A stretch of DNA of 64,000 nucleotides from Malacoraja senta (taxonomy: Eukaryota), in contig CM075995.1 of NCBI GenBank assembly GCA_038087875.1, positions 4,838,001 to 4,902,000 of the forward strand, in the 5' to 3' direction. The notes under the pieces were generated by a model that was not told the DNA's origin, did not search any database, and saw only the letters and a list, made by a program, of their open reading frames with translations. Numbering within the stretch: the first letter of the stretch is position 1; the number at the start of each line of letters is the position of its first letter. The position numbers and the translations under genes are program-made. Below are positions 1-10,311 of this stretch, one piece after another.

Positions 1-487
1 GAGAGGTTGCTCCACAATGATATACTCCAAAGGAGGTAGTTATCAGCGCGGGTCTCCTCGGGGGCCCACGGCAGCGGCATCTGTTCCAGGGCTGCACAAT
101 GTCTCCCTCTCTGAGGAGGGGAGCATTCGGGGTCAGTTTCAGTCTGACTCAGAGCAAAAATCCTGATATAGGTCCGTGGGAGGGGCCGTGTCAGCGCAGG
201 TATCCTCAGGAGCCTGCGGCAGCACCTGTTTTCAGGGCTGTCTATGAATCTCCCTCTCTGTGGAGGGGAGTGCGAGGAAATACTCACAAGCGAAGGGGTT
301 ACTGCCGGAAGAATTGGTTCCAGCCGTTGGCAGAAAACCCAGAAGGGGCCAGAGTTCCCCTCACGCTACAAGTGCCGGCAGTGAACAGCGCTATCAGGGG
401 TGACATTGGAGGGGGCATGAAATCCAGGAAATGAAACCTAGCCGCCGAATCTTCTCTTCAGGTAAGACTTATCCAACAGGTATACCT

Positions 488-3400
488 GGATGAGGAAGCA
501 AAAGCTGTCGGACTGATCAAGGGACCGACGACGAACAAAGCTTCATCGTATCGGCGCCGACACACCCCACGCCTCATCGGCAGTAAGCAGTTCACTGAAG
601 CTGGTGGCAGCTTGAAAGCTGGGCAGAGGTCTTTCAGGCCAAGGTCCAAGCTGGTCTCAGGAAATATGGAATCCACATACACTACCAGTCCTACTCTCCA
701 ATCAAGGACGGGAATAGAACCCACATCAGGGGCCTTTGGGCTTACCATAAGACCACCGGTAACCATGGAGGTAGGTTGGTCTGGTTCTTCCCAAACATGA
801 GGTATGTGGACCATTTACAAGTTGGTAATATTTACACTTGTTTTTGTACAAATGACAATGATAACATGAGATTCCGATCCGTTTATAAACTAAAATGATA
901 ACATGTGATTGGTTTATTATTGCACAGTATTCAAGGGTACCAAGCATGGCTTGGAATTGGGGCCAGAGTTGTCTTTCGAGGCAGGCTCAGTATTACGGCC
1001 AGGATTGCCTTCCGAGACAGGCTCAGGAATTTGGCCAGAGTTGTCATTCGAGGCAGGCACGGAATTATGGCAGGCGTGGCCTGTTCATTGTGAAAGATGG
1101 AGGATGTCGGTTCATAATTGATTTAACTCGCATGTGCAACATAGACTTTTCAGTGTATGGAACTTCGTTACTGTCTAACAACTGATTTCCTTAGGATCTT
1201 TATGGCATGCATCTATCTCAAAGATGCATACTATTTAGGTCCCATTCACAGGGATCACCGGAGACATTTGAAATTTATCTGGATGGGGCAATGATAACAG
1301 TTAATGCATTACAAAATGGGCTAACTTCAGCTCCCAGGTCAACTACCAAATTACTAAACCGGTGCTTGGACTGCTCAGAGCTCAAAAACACTTGTTATGG
1401 CTTAACTGGATGATATTCTAAACGCTGTATTTTGCTAAAATCAACTGTTTCAGCCGCAACTACATTTGAGAAATTGGGGTTCCTCAACCATCCAGTTAAA
1501 TTTAAGTTGATACCAACTAGAGTTATTGATTATTCGGATTTACCTTTAACTATTAATTTATCTGTGACTCCGCCCTGGGGCAAGAGATTGGAATCAATAG
1601 AAGCCTGTATGAAGCAGCCTTCTATTCCTCAAGTGTAATTGGCAATATAGCAGCTGTGTTTCAGCTGTGCAATTGGGCCTTTGCATTATCAGAACTTACA
1701 ACGTGCAAAGTAGTAACCTCTCAAGTGCCATATAGGTCATTGTTAACAGACCTATGCTATTACCAGCTGAAGCTACCAACGTCACAATGGTGGACAAACA
1801 ATATTCAGCATTGCTCCAGTAGTTTTGGTCAGTAATTCTTCAGTTATATTACAAACTGATGCTAGTGCTCAAAGATGGAAAATTACGAATGCCATCTCTA
1901 GTTACGGAGGCGGATGGGATTTGCATGAATTACCAATTCTTCAGTTATTGGTATCAACTACCTATAGACACTAGGTGCATACTATGGGTTAAAGGGTTAT
2001 TATGCGAATATGCATAACCTGCATGCTCAGTTCCAAGTTGATACACTGTGGTGGTGGCATATGTTAGTCACATGGGTGCAATCAAATCAAAGTATACTGT
2101 CATAATTTACACAACCTCATTTGGCGCTGGTGTATCATCACGTAAAATCAATGACAACACAGAATGGATGTTGGATCACAAAGTATTTTATGACATTATG
2201 GCTCGATGGAACACCGAATATCGATATGTTTGCATCCAGGCTAATTCACCGGTTGCAAAAACATGTGGCATCACAGTGGCGAGAGATACATTCTCGCTAC
2301 ACAGGGGAGGAATGTTCTTTTATGTCTTTTCTCCATTTTGCGTCATGAGTCGGGTCTTGCAATAAATTCAGCAAGATCCCGCTTCAGGTTTTTCGTACTA
2401 TCTGACTGGCCTATGCAGCCATGGTTCCCGCTAATGTTGGGAATAATAATAGAACTTTATATGGGTATTCTAATAAAACTTTGCTGGTTCAGCCTGGGAT
2501 TCGGGGAACCAGCCTCTGCATGATTAAATCAATTCAATGCCTTGCAGACTCTGAGTAGACTGCTCCTGCGGCTCAGGTTGTCAGACCGATCCATGTATGT
2601 GCTCACTGCAGAGTGCAGGGATAGCACCAAAAAAGCAGTACATTTCCTCTTCAGGAGATGGGAAGCGTTTTGTTTAAATGTTATGTTACATATAATACGG
2701 CACGGATACTGACGTCTTAGAGTTCATTTTCAAATGGGTCCTTGACAATAAATTAAGTTATTGTCGCATTAACTGTGCCCAACGTGCTTTCTCATCATAT
2801 TTGCTGCAGTGAGCAGGACCCGCTCTCGGGTCTCACCCTCTGATGTCCAGTTTATTAAGGATATCTTTAACACAAGTTCTCCCAGGCCCAAGTACATGGG
2901 ATATTGACACTGTGTTAACACTACTTCACCAGGGGGCTCCAGCTATATCCTTATCTTTGGCTCGGCTCTCATAAGGTAGTTATCCCCATGGCGCTGTTCT
3001 CAGCGCAACGGGTCCAGTCATTACATAAATTGTGACTGGACAGGATGGTTACACCTGCTAATAATAAAATATTTCATGTTTACGATTTAGTTAAGCAGGG
3101 CAGCCCAGGGGTGTCAGGTCTCAAACAAGTTCTCATGGCATACCCCATGCACCTTCGGTTATGTGTGGTCACACATTTACAACATTACGTCAAGGTCACC
3201 TAGAGCCTTAGAGGCTCTGAAACTAGCTATGTTTGTTAGTTACAAAAAAACCTCATAAGAAGGTATCAGTTCAGACCATCTCCAGGTGGTTAAAACGGGG
3301 TTTTGGCTTATGCAGGAGTAGATACTAATTTTCTAATCTCACTCCACCAGGGCTTTCTACAACATCAGCAGCAAGGGTTATGTACGATCCTCTGGATCAC

Positions 3401-4027
3401 ACCCTAGCGACTGCAGGATGGTCTAACGAACGAGTTTTCCAAACATTTTATGATAACCCATTGCCAGACCAGGGGTATTTGCCAACTCTATTTTAGGCTC
3501 TATTTTATAGTTTCCCCCCAGATGAGAGGGGTTACTATTATTATTATTTGTTCATTTATCAGCATCAGCATGTTTTAATCTATGTCATGTCTGTATGCAT
3601 TATGAATGTTTCCCTTATCTGTGGTCAACTGATGCAGTTGTGTTTGTGTGGACTCGTTTTCCATGGCATGAAATCACAGAGCTTTGAAATCTTCACGTAG
3701 TCACTCACGTGACTCCGAAGTAAAATAATAAGATTAAACGAGAACTTACCAGTTTGAAGTTTGATCTTTATTTTATGAGGAGTTACGATGAGCGATTACG
3801 TGCCCTCCGCTCCCAACCCTCGTATCATAAAGGTAATCTGGTAGTTCTAGTCTTCTCTAATCTTACTATGTTCAGTTCACCAATTGTTATCTGTGATTTC
3901 ACACCGCTGCTTTGAAGATTGACGCGCATGCGGGCTGACGGCCTTCTTCACGTAATCGCTCATCGTAACTCCTCATAAAATAAAGATCAAACTTCAAACT
4001 GGTAAATTCTCGTTTAATCTTACTATT
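488..4027 (+). repeat. 3,540-bp direct repeat, copy 1 (partner 10312-13851), flanking the L1
   Basis: Constant offset of 9824 bp; ORF-track translations of the two copies are identical. The only difference I spotted is 2575 A vs 12399 G. Confidence 0.95.
953..1075 (+). repeat. Degenerate 36-bp tandem repeat (3 units plus a partial unit) inside DIRS A; duplicated at 10777-10899
   Basis: Units 953-988, 989-1024 and 1025-1060 (e.g. GGAATTGGGGCCAGAGTTGTCTTTCGAGGCAGGCTC); reads as GQSCLSRQAQ/GQDCLPRQAQ/GQSCHSRQAR. Confidence 0.8.
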
Positions 4028-4456
4028 TTTTTTTTTTTTTTTTTTTTTAATTTTTATTTTTTAATTTTTATTTATTAGAAGTACATTACATCACAGCCAC
4101 ATACATTAATACTCGTCATTTATATCTTCTTACAATTAATGTACTCCCTTTATTTATTTTTTTACACTAAAGAAAGAAAAGATTGAAAGAGAGAAGAAAG
4201 TGAAGGAAAAAGTGCAAGTGTAGAAAAGTGTAGAAAATGTAACAACAAAAAAGGACGAAGACCCTATGAGAGCGAAATTAAAAACAAAAAGAAAAAGAGT
4301 TAAGAAATAGGCCCTAAGAAAAGAAAAGAGAAAGAGAAAAAAAGAAAAACAAATGTTTTTTTTTGAGCATCACGTAAATAGGACATACCAACTCTTCAAC
4401 TATCATCCCCCCTTACCCGACCTCAATTTTTTATTTTTTTAAAGTACTTTTGCACC

Positions 4457-7400
4457 CTATGTTTGTAATAATTCTATAAATGCAGACCACGTCAGGTGGA
4501 AGTGATCTGGTTTACCTGCTAGGAGGAGTCTTATCTCTTCAAGGTGTAGTGTTTCAAACATATTTGAAATCCACATATTTATAGTTGGTATTGGAGCCTT
4601 CTTCCAAAATTTTAGAATTAGCTTTTTTCCAGTTATTAACCCATAATCCATTAATTTCTTTTGAAACACATTTAGTTCTGGATCATCTTCCGTTATTCCG
4701 AAGATAATCCATTCTGCTTTGGGTATCAGTCTTGTTTTAAATAACTTTGTAAAGATTTCAAAAATTTCATTCCAAAATTTTTGAATTTTTGTACAGAAGA
4801 CAAATGAGTGCGCTATAGTTGCTTCTTGGGATTGACATTTATCACAAATAGATGATACGTTTGGGAAAATTTTATGAATTTTAGTTTTCGAATAATATAA
4901 TCTATGTAAAATTTTAAATTGTATTAAAGTGTGTCTTACATTAATCGAGCATTTATGTACTTTTAATAAGTATTCATTCCAACTTTCCTTTGAAATTTTA
5001 ATAGCTAACTCTTGTTCCCAGTCTCTTCTGATACCCTCCGTAGATGGTATTTGTACATTTAAGATAATATTGTACAAATATGATATTAAGTTTGCTGATT
5101 CCGCTTTTATCTGCATTGCCTCGTCCAGTACATCTGCTGGGTTATTATGATGATCTTTTATATATTTTTTCAAATAGTCGCATATTTGAAAGTATTTAAA
5201 ATATTGATTATTTCCGAGTTTATATTTTATTTGTAATTGTTGAAATGAAAGTAATTTTCCAGTTTCATACAAGTCACCAAGCGTTTTAATTCCTAGTCTA
5301 TCCCATTGTGTATAAGCTTTATCTATAATAGAAGGACTAAACGAAGGGTTATTGACTATAGGTAATAAAAGTGATAAGTTTCTTAATTTTAAATTTTGTT
5401 TTATTTGTTTCCAAATACGGATTGTACTATGAATAATTGGGTTCTTATTATAGTTTATGTTATTCAATTTCATTGGAGAGAGGAGGATCGCTCCAATGTT
5501 TCTAGAGGAGCAATCCTCTTTCTCCATTACAATCCAGTCTACTTGCTGGGCGGAGTTATCCATCAGTTGAATCATGTTTTTAATATTTACTGACCAATAA
5601 TAATACATAAAATTGGGTAGTGCTAGACCCCCCAATACTTTAGATTTATTCAGATGGGTTTTTTGTATTCTATGTGATTTATAGTCCCATATAAAATTAG
5701 TGATATCTGAGTCGAGTTTTTTAAAAAACTTCTTAGGTAAGTATATAGGAATTGATTGAAATAGGTATAAAATTTGTGGTAAAAAGATCATTTTTATTGC
5801 GTTTATTCGGCCTATTAAAGACATCGGAAGCGTTTTCCAGAATTTAATTAATGTATTCAGTTTATTAAGTAGGGGGTCAAAATTTGCCCTGAGCATACCT
5901 TGATATGCTCTGGTAATTTCGATTCCCAAATATTTAAATTTTTCTGTAGCTATTTTAAAAGGGAATTTTAAAAGATGTGTTGAATCTTTCGGTTTTATTG
6001 ACATAATTTCACTTTTATTCCAATTTATTCTATATCCAGAAAAAGATCCGAAGTCTTCAATTAAATTTAATATATTTGGTATAGTGATTTGAGGTTTTGT
6101 AATATACAATAATATATCATCCGCGTATAAAGATATTTTATTATATGAGTCTTTAGTATTATATCCATGAATATCAGGGTGTATTCTAATTTTTTCTGCT
6201 AGCGGTTCAATAATGAGAGCAAACAGCTGTGGTGATAATGAGCATCCTTGTCTATTTCCCCTTGATAGTTGAAATTTCGAGGATAATATGTTATTAGTAA
6301 GTATTCTAGCTGTAGGTTTGTTATATAGTAACTTAATCCATAAAATAAAATTCTCTCCCAGTTGAAATTTTTGTAATACTTTATCCATATAATTCCATTC
6401 TACTTGATCAAATGCTTTTTCAGCATCCAGCGAAATAATTGATAATTCTTGATCTTCAGATTTGTGTGAGTGCATTATGTTGAGTAGACGTCTCATATTA
6501 TTAGAAGAGTATCTCTTAGGGATAAACCCTGTCTGATCTGGGTTTATTAATTTACTAATGTATTTACTTAATCTTCTGGCTAATGTTTTCGCTAATATTT
6601 TTTGATCTGTGTTTAACAATGCTATAGCTCTATATGAGCCAGGTTCTTCTAAATCCTTATTTTTCTTAGGTATTAATGTAATCGTTGATTCCGCTAATGT
6701 ATCAGGTAGTATTCGTTTTTTAAAAGCGTATTGGTACATTTTTTGTAATCTTGGTATTATTTTATCATAAAAGTTTTTATAAAATTCATTAGTAAATCCA
6801 TCAGGGCCTGGTGTTTTTCCATTTTTTAGTGAGTTTATTGTATCTTCTAATTCCTTAATTGAGATTTGTGCACCCAGTTCCTCTTGTTCCTTCAGCTCTA
6901 ACTTTGGAAGATTACAGGTATCCAAGAACTTTGTGATATTATTGGAATCAATTATCGTTTTAGATGTATACAAATTCTCGTAAAATTGCGCAAATCTTTT
7001 ATTAATATCCTTCGGTGTTGTTAATAATTCCCCTTTATCTGATTTGATCTTTGGTATAGTATGTTCCTTTTCTCGTTTTTTTAGCTGGCGAGCCAAAAGT
7101 TTATGCGGTTTATCCCCAAATTCAAAGTGCTCTTGTTTTGTAATTTGAAAAAGTCTTATAAGTTTGGCAGATAATAATTTATTTAATTTAAATTTTAAAA
7201 TTATTATTTTATTATGTTTATCTATTGATGGATCTTTAGCATTATCTATATCCATTTGTCTAATAAGTTCTTCTAACTGTCTTTGTTCATTCTTATTCTT
7301 TTTATTTTGAAAAGCTTGATATGAAATTATAATACCCCTAATGTATGCTTTAAAAGATTCCCAAAGTAAAGTAGGCGATATATCTGAAGTATCATTTGTT

Positions 7401-8248
7401 TGAAAAAAGACCTCCATTTGTTCTTTTAAATATATACTCGCTTGTGGATCTTTTAAAATTTGAGAGTTAAATCTCCAGAATGAATTATTCTTAGACAATC
7501 CTTCCAGTTTTAAAAAGAAAGTTAGTGGAGAATGGTCTGAAATTGAATTTGTATGATATATTGCATTAGATGTTTGGGGGATTAATTTTGTATCCAGCAG
7601 AAAGTAGTCTATACGTGAGTATGTCTTATGTACCATTGAGTAAAATGAATATTCCCTGCCAGTTGGATTCACAATTCTCCAAACATCTGCTATATTAGTG
7701 TTGTTTATGTAGGTATTGAGGAGTTCCCCAGTTTTCGATTTCATATTCCCTCTCTGTTTTTGACTTGATTTATCTAAGTACGGGTCTAAAACACAGTTAA
7801 AGTCTCCGCCTATTATAACATTTTGATAGTTTGACTTTGCAATTATATTGAAGATTTTATTGAAAAAGTGGGGGTTATCAAAGTTAGGGGCATATATATT
7901 TACCAAAGTAAGTGGAGTGTCATGGATTTCTCCATTAACTATTAGGTATCTCCCTTCTATATCTGTTATAATATTCTTTGCTTTAAATGGTATACCTTTT
8001 CTTATGATAATTGACGTGCCTCTAGATTTTGAAGTGAATGAAGAGTGGTATGTTTGACCTATCCATTTCGCCCTCAGCCTAACTTGGTCCTGAGGTTTTA
8101 GGTGTGTTTCTTGTAGGAAGGTAATGTCAGAATTATACATTTTTAGCTGAGCTAATATCTTACCCCTTTTGATAGGTTCATTAATACCTCTTATATTCCA
8201 ACTACAAAATGAGACTCCTCCTAGGTTCTTTTGTGTGGTGTCATGCAT
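4457..8248 (-). CDS. L1 ORF2p: APE endonuclease + reverse transcriptase + C-terminal CCHC (1263 aa, uninterrupted)
   Basis: EN motifs SWNIRG, LQETH, GGDFN, SRIDY, SDH; RT motifs PGPDG, SLDAEKAFD, RQGCSLSP, LYADD, KYLG; C-terminal CDKC...H...C. Confidence 0.97.
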   Translation of the reverse strand: MHDTTQKNLGGVSFCSWNIRGINEPIKRGKILAQLKMYNSDITFLQETHLKPQDQVRLRAKWIGQTYHSSFTSKSRGTSIIIRKGIPFKAKNIITDIEGRYLIVNGEIHDTPLTLVNIYAPNFDNPHFFNKIFNIIAKSNYQNVIIGGDFNCVLDPYLDKSSQKQRGNMKSKTGELLNTYINNTNIADVWRIVNPTGREYSFYSMVHKTYSRIDYFLLDTKLIPQTSNAIYHTNSISDHSPLTFFLKLEGLSKNNSFWRFNSQILKDPQASIYLKEQMEVFFQTNDTSDISPTLLWESFKAYIRGIIISYQAFQNKKNKNEQRQLEELIRQMDIDNAKDPSIDKHNKIIILKFKLNKLLSAKLIRLFQITKQEHFEFGDKPHKLLARQLKKREKEHTIPKIKSDKGELLTTPKDINKRFAQFYENLYTSKTIIDSNNITKFLDTCNLPKLELKEQEELGAQISIKELEDTINSLKNGKTPGPDGFTNEFYKNFYDKIIPRLQKMYQYAFKKRILPDTLAESTITLIPKKNKDLEEPGSYRAIALLNTDQKILAKTLARRLSKYISKLINPDQTGFIPKRYSSNNMRRLLNIMHSHKSEDQELSIISLDAEKAFDQVEWNYMDKVLQKFQLGENFILWIKLLYNKPTARILTNNILSSKFQLSRGNRQGCSLSPQLFALIIEPLAEKIRIHPDIHGYNTKDSYNKISLYADDILLYITKPQITIPNILNLIEDFGSFSGYRINWNKSEIMSIKPKDSTHLLKFPFKIATEKFKYLGIEITRAYQGMLRANFDPLLNKLNTLIKFWKTLPMSLIGRINAIKMIFLPQILYLFQSIPIYLPKKFFKKLDSDITNFIWDYKSHRIQKTHLNKSKVLGGLALPNFMYYYWSVNIKNMIQLMDNSAQQVDWIVMEKEDCSSRNIGAILLSPMKLNNINYNKNPIIHSTIRIWKQIKQNLKLRNLSLLLPIVNNPSFSPSIIDKAYTQWDRLGIKTLGDLYETGKLLSFQQLQIKYKLGNNQYFKYFQICDYLKKYIKDHHNNPADVLDEAMQIKAESANLISYLYNIILNVQIPSTEGIRRDWEQELAIKISKESWNEYLLKVHKCSINVRHTLIQFKILHRLYYSKTKIHKIFPNVSSICDKCQSQEATIAHSFVFCTKIQKFWNEIFEIFTKLFKTRLIPKAEWIIFGITEDDPELNVFQKKLMDYGLITGKKLILKFWKKAPIPTINMWISNMFETLHLEEIRLLLAGKPDHFHLTWSAFIELLQT

Positions 8249-9053
8249 TTTGAATAATTATAGTACCTTTGAATCTTGTGGTGCGTCCATATCCCAGGTC
8301 TTTAGGTATTGGGGGAGTTTTTGAATTATTAACTTTTGTTGGTATGTCCATATTATTCTTATCACTAAACACAAAACACAAACAAGTGATTTTATGTAAT
8401 AAAAAAAAAACTAAAAAAGTGAGGCTACAGTGTCTATAGTCGGCACTGTAGCAAGTGACCCACCTGTAGGTGGGAAAAAACCTTATTTTGACTTCCATTG
8501 CGTTGTTGCTCAACTCGCTCCGCTCTCTTAGTTAATCATAACATATTAAAATATTAAAACGAGGCCTCACATTCATATATATAATACAATTTTACCCTGA
8601 TATTTCCTTATAACATATATATATATCAGAGTTTAATTATTAAACCAATATTTTTGATTTCAATAAGAATCAGCTGTTGGTTGAAGGGGTTAACGAGACG
8701 TGCTCCTGGACATAAGCCAGGAGCTCGTTTCTCATCCCCTCCTCCCGCTTATAGACAAGGTTACAATTTATTAAAAATTCATATTAGTATGTTAGTTCAT
8801 TATTTTTTTGTTTTTTTTGTTAGTATTCTAATCTAACCTGCATAACTTTTAAAGTTGTTAATAGGATAAGTTCTTACAATTGGTTATAACATTTTAATCA
8901 ATAAGCAATTATTTTCTAATTCATATCCCGTTATAAAGTTGTTTACACGTTTTGAACAGAAAATGTCCTTGCTTCAACATTCCGGAGATAACAATGTAAC
9001 TATCCCCAGACAAAACATAGCTGAGAATTATTCGGATCTGCCAAAGCTCCCTT

Positions 9054-10125
9054 TTATTTCTGTCTTTCAACAATCGTTTGGGCATATTTGAAAGCGTCTT
9101 CAGGCTTAACAAATGACTTTTCAAGACCATTAAAAGAAATACGCATTTTAGCGGGATAAAAAACCCCGAATCTGACCCCTTCTCTCCCTCTTAAAAGATC
9201 TTTAACCTTATCAAATTTGTTTCTTTTTTGCACAATTTCATGTGGGTAGTCCCTGAATATCTTAATAGTGTCTTTGTCCAGCCGTAATTGTACACCATAT
9301 TTGATTTTTGTCATAACATATTCCAGTTCTGCAGTGTCTCGAAATTTCACTATAATATGTCGTGGATAAGCTTTTCCCGCATCAAATCTTTTTCCAAATC
9401 TTGGGACACGATGAGCCACTTCGATTTTCGGTTCCTTGGGAAGATTCAACAGTTGTTTCAACAAGCCCATGGCAAATTCACGTACCTGTTCCCCTTCTGC
9501 CCCCTCTGAAACACCAAGAATCCTCAGATTCTGGCGTCTAGAACGAGCTTCCAGGTCCAGGCATTTGAATGAGACTTTCTCTAATTGAGTCCCCATTTGT
9601 AGTGATGCTTGTTCGTTTTCTCGCCTCATTTGCTCATGTTCTTGCCTCAATTTCGCCATGTCTTCAACCAGTCGTGCCGTATTTTTCTCCAATTCCGTAA
9701 TTGTCTGCATACTTGCAGCTACTGTTTCAAGTACAGCCGTGAACTTATCCGTAGTAATTACATCCATCTTATCCATTTTCTCTGATAGTCCATCTTTCAC
9801 CTCATCAATTCGTTTATTCATAGTGTCCAGTAAATCCGTCATATTCTTCTGGTTACCAGCATTTAAATCCTTCATCATCTTCTGCATTCCTTCCATCATT
9901 TTTGCCGAATTTTCCTTCATTTCCTTCTTATCTTCCACCCTATTATCCGAGATCTCATCTTTCAAATTTTTCATTGATTTTTTCAAGTCATCAAAGTCTT
10001 TTCTTAGATCTTGTATCCATTTCTGCAGCCACTTCAGAGACTTCAGAGGTAACTTCAGTTTCGAACTGTTTCGACAGTTTATTCACAGCTCTCTGAGGGC
10101 TCACAGCTGGAGTCAATTTACTCAT
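9054..10125 (-). CDS. L1 ORF1p (coiled coil + RRM/CTD), apparently with a 1-bp frameshift at the T4 run 9999-10002
   Basis: Main frame 9054-9986 contains a coiled coil, LEARSRRQNLRILGVSEG, AHRV and IFRDY. ATG 10125 opens MSKLTPAV...MDTRSKK, which joins DFDDLKKSMK if one A is removed (about 356 aa). Confidence 0.85.
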
Positions 10126-10311
10126 TTAAAGGGCTTCAAACCACCGTTTAAAACATCGCGTTTAACGATGACGTCATCAGCGCGGTAACCAGAAGCTCCG
10201 GTAAGGTTTTTAAAAACAATCCCGATTTTCGGACCCGTTTTACACGATAAATCGTGAAGTTTTTCGGGAGAGGAGCTGGGTGCACGTCTGTTAGTCTAAC
10301 ATGACGCCACC
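10126..10311 (-). promoter_or_regulatory. L1 5'UTR / putative internal promoter with a palindromic CRE-type site
   Basis: CpG-rich stretch upstream of the ORF1 ATG; ATGACGTCAT at 10168-10177. Promoter role is inferred from known L1 biology. Confidence 0.5.

Larger units (their letters stand above)
1..4027 (+). mobile_element. Decayed, probably non-autonomous DIRS1-like tyrosine-recombinase retrotransposon (copy A1; 5' end lies outside the window)
   Basis: Colinear with the reverse complement of the complete DIRS at 22746-27603. It has gag remnants (1-790), RT remnants (KDGGCRFIIDLTR, QNGLTSAPR), RNase H/MT remnants (DMFASRLIH, DWPMQPWFP) and YR remnants, all broken by frameshifts. ICR at 3691-3802; right terminus 3949-4027 ending ...TTAATCTTACTATT. 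Confidence 0.9.
4028..10311 (-). mobile_element. Full-length L1 (LINE-1 clade) retrotransposon, about 6.3 kb
   Basis: CpG-rich 5'UTR (10126-10311), ORF1, 805-bp spacer, intact ORF2, 3'UTR with AATAAA, and a poly(A) tail seen as the T run 4026-4048. Confidence 0.95.

Noticed and set aside
953..1075. CRISPR-like array (36-bp period)
   Set aside because: Units are contiguous and degenerate with no unique spacers, no cas genes, and the context is vertebrate.
488..4027. L1 3' transduction as the origin of the duplicate
   Set aside because: There is no second poly(A) at 488, and the copy on the L1 3' side continues seamlessly into upstream DIRS gag sequence.
9658..10188. 176-aa antisense ORF over L1 ORF1/5'UTR (ORF0-like)
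   Set aside because: Ser/Phe/Ile-rich mirror of the Glu/Lys/Met coiled-coil codons; no independent support.
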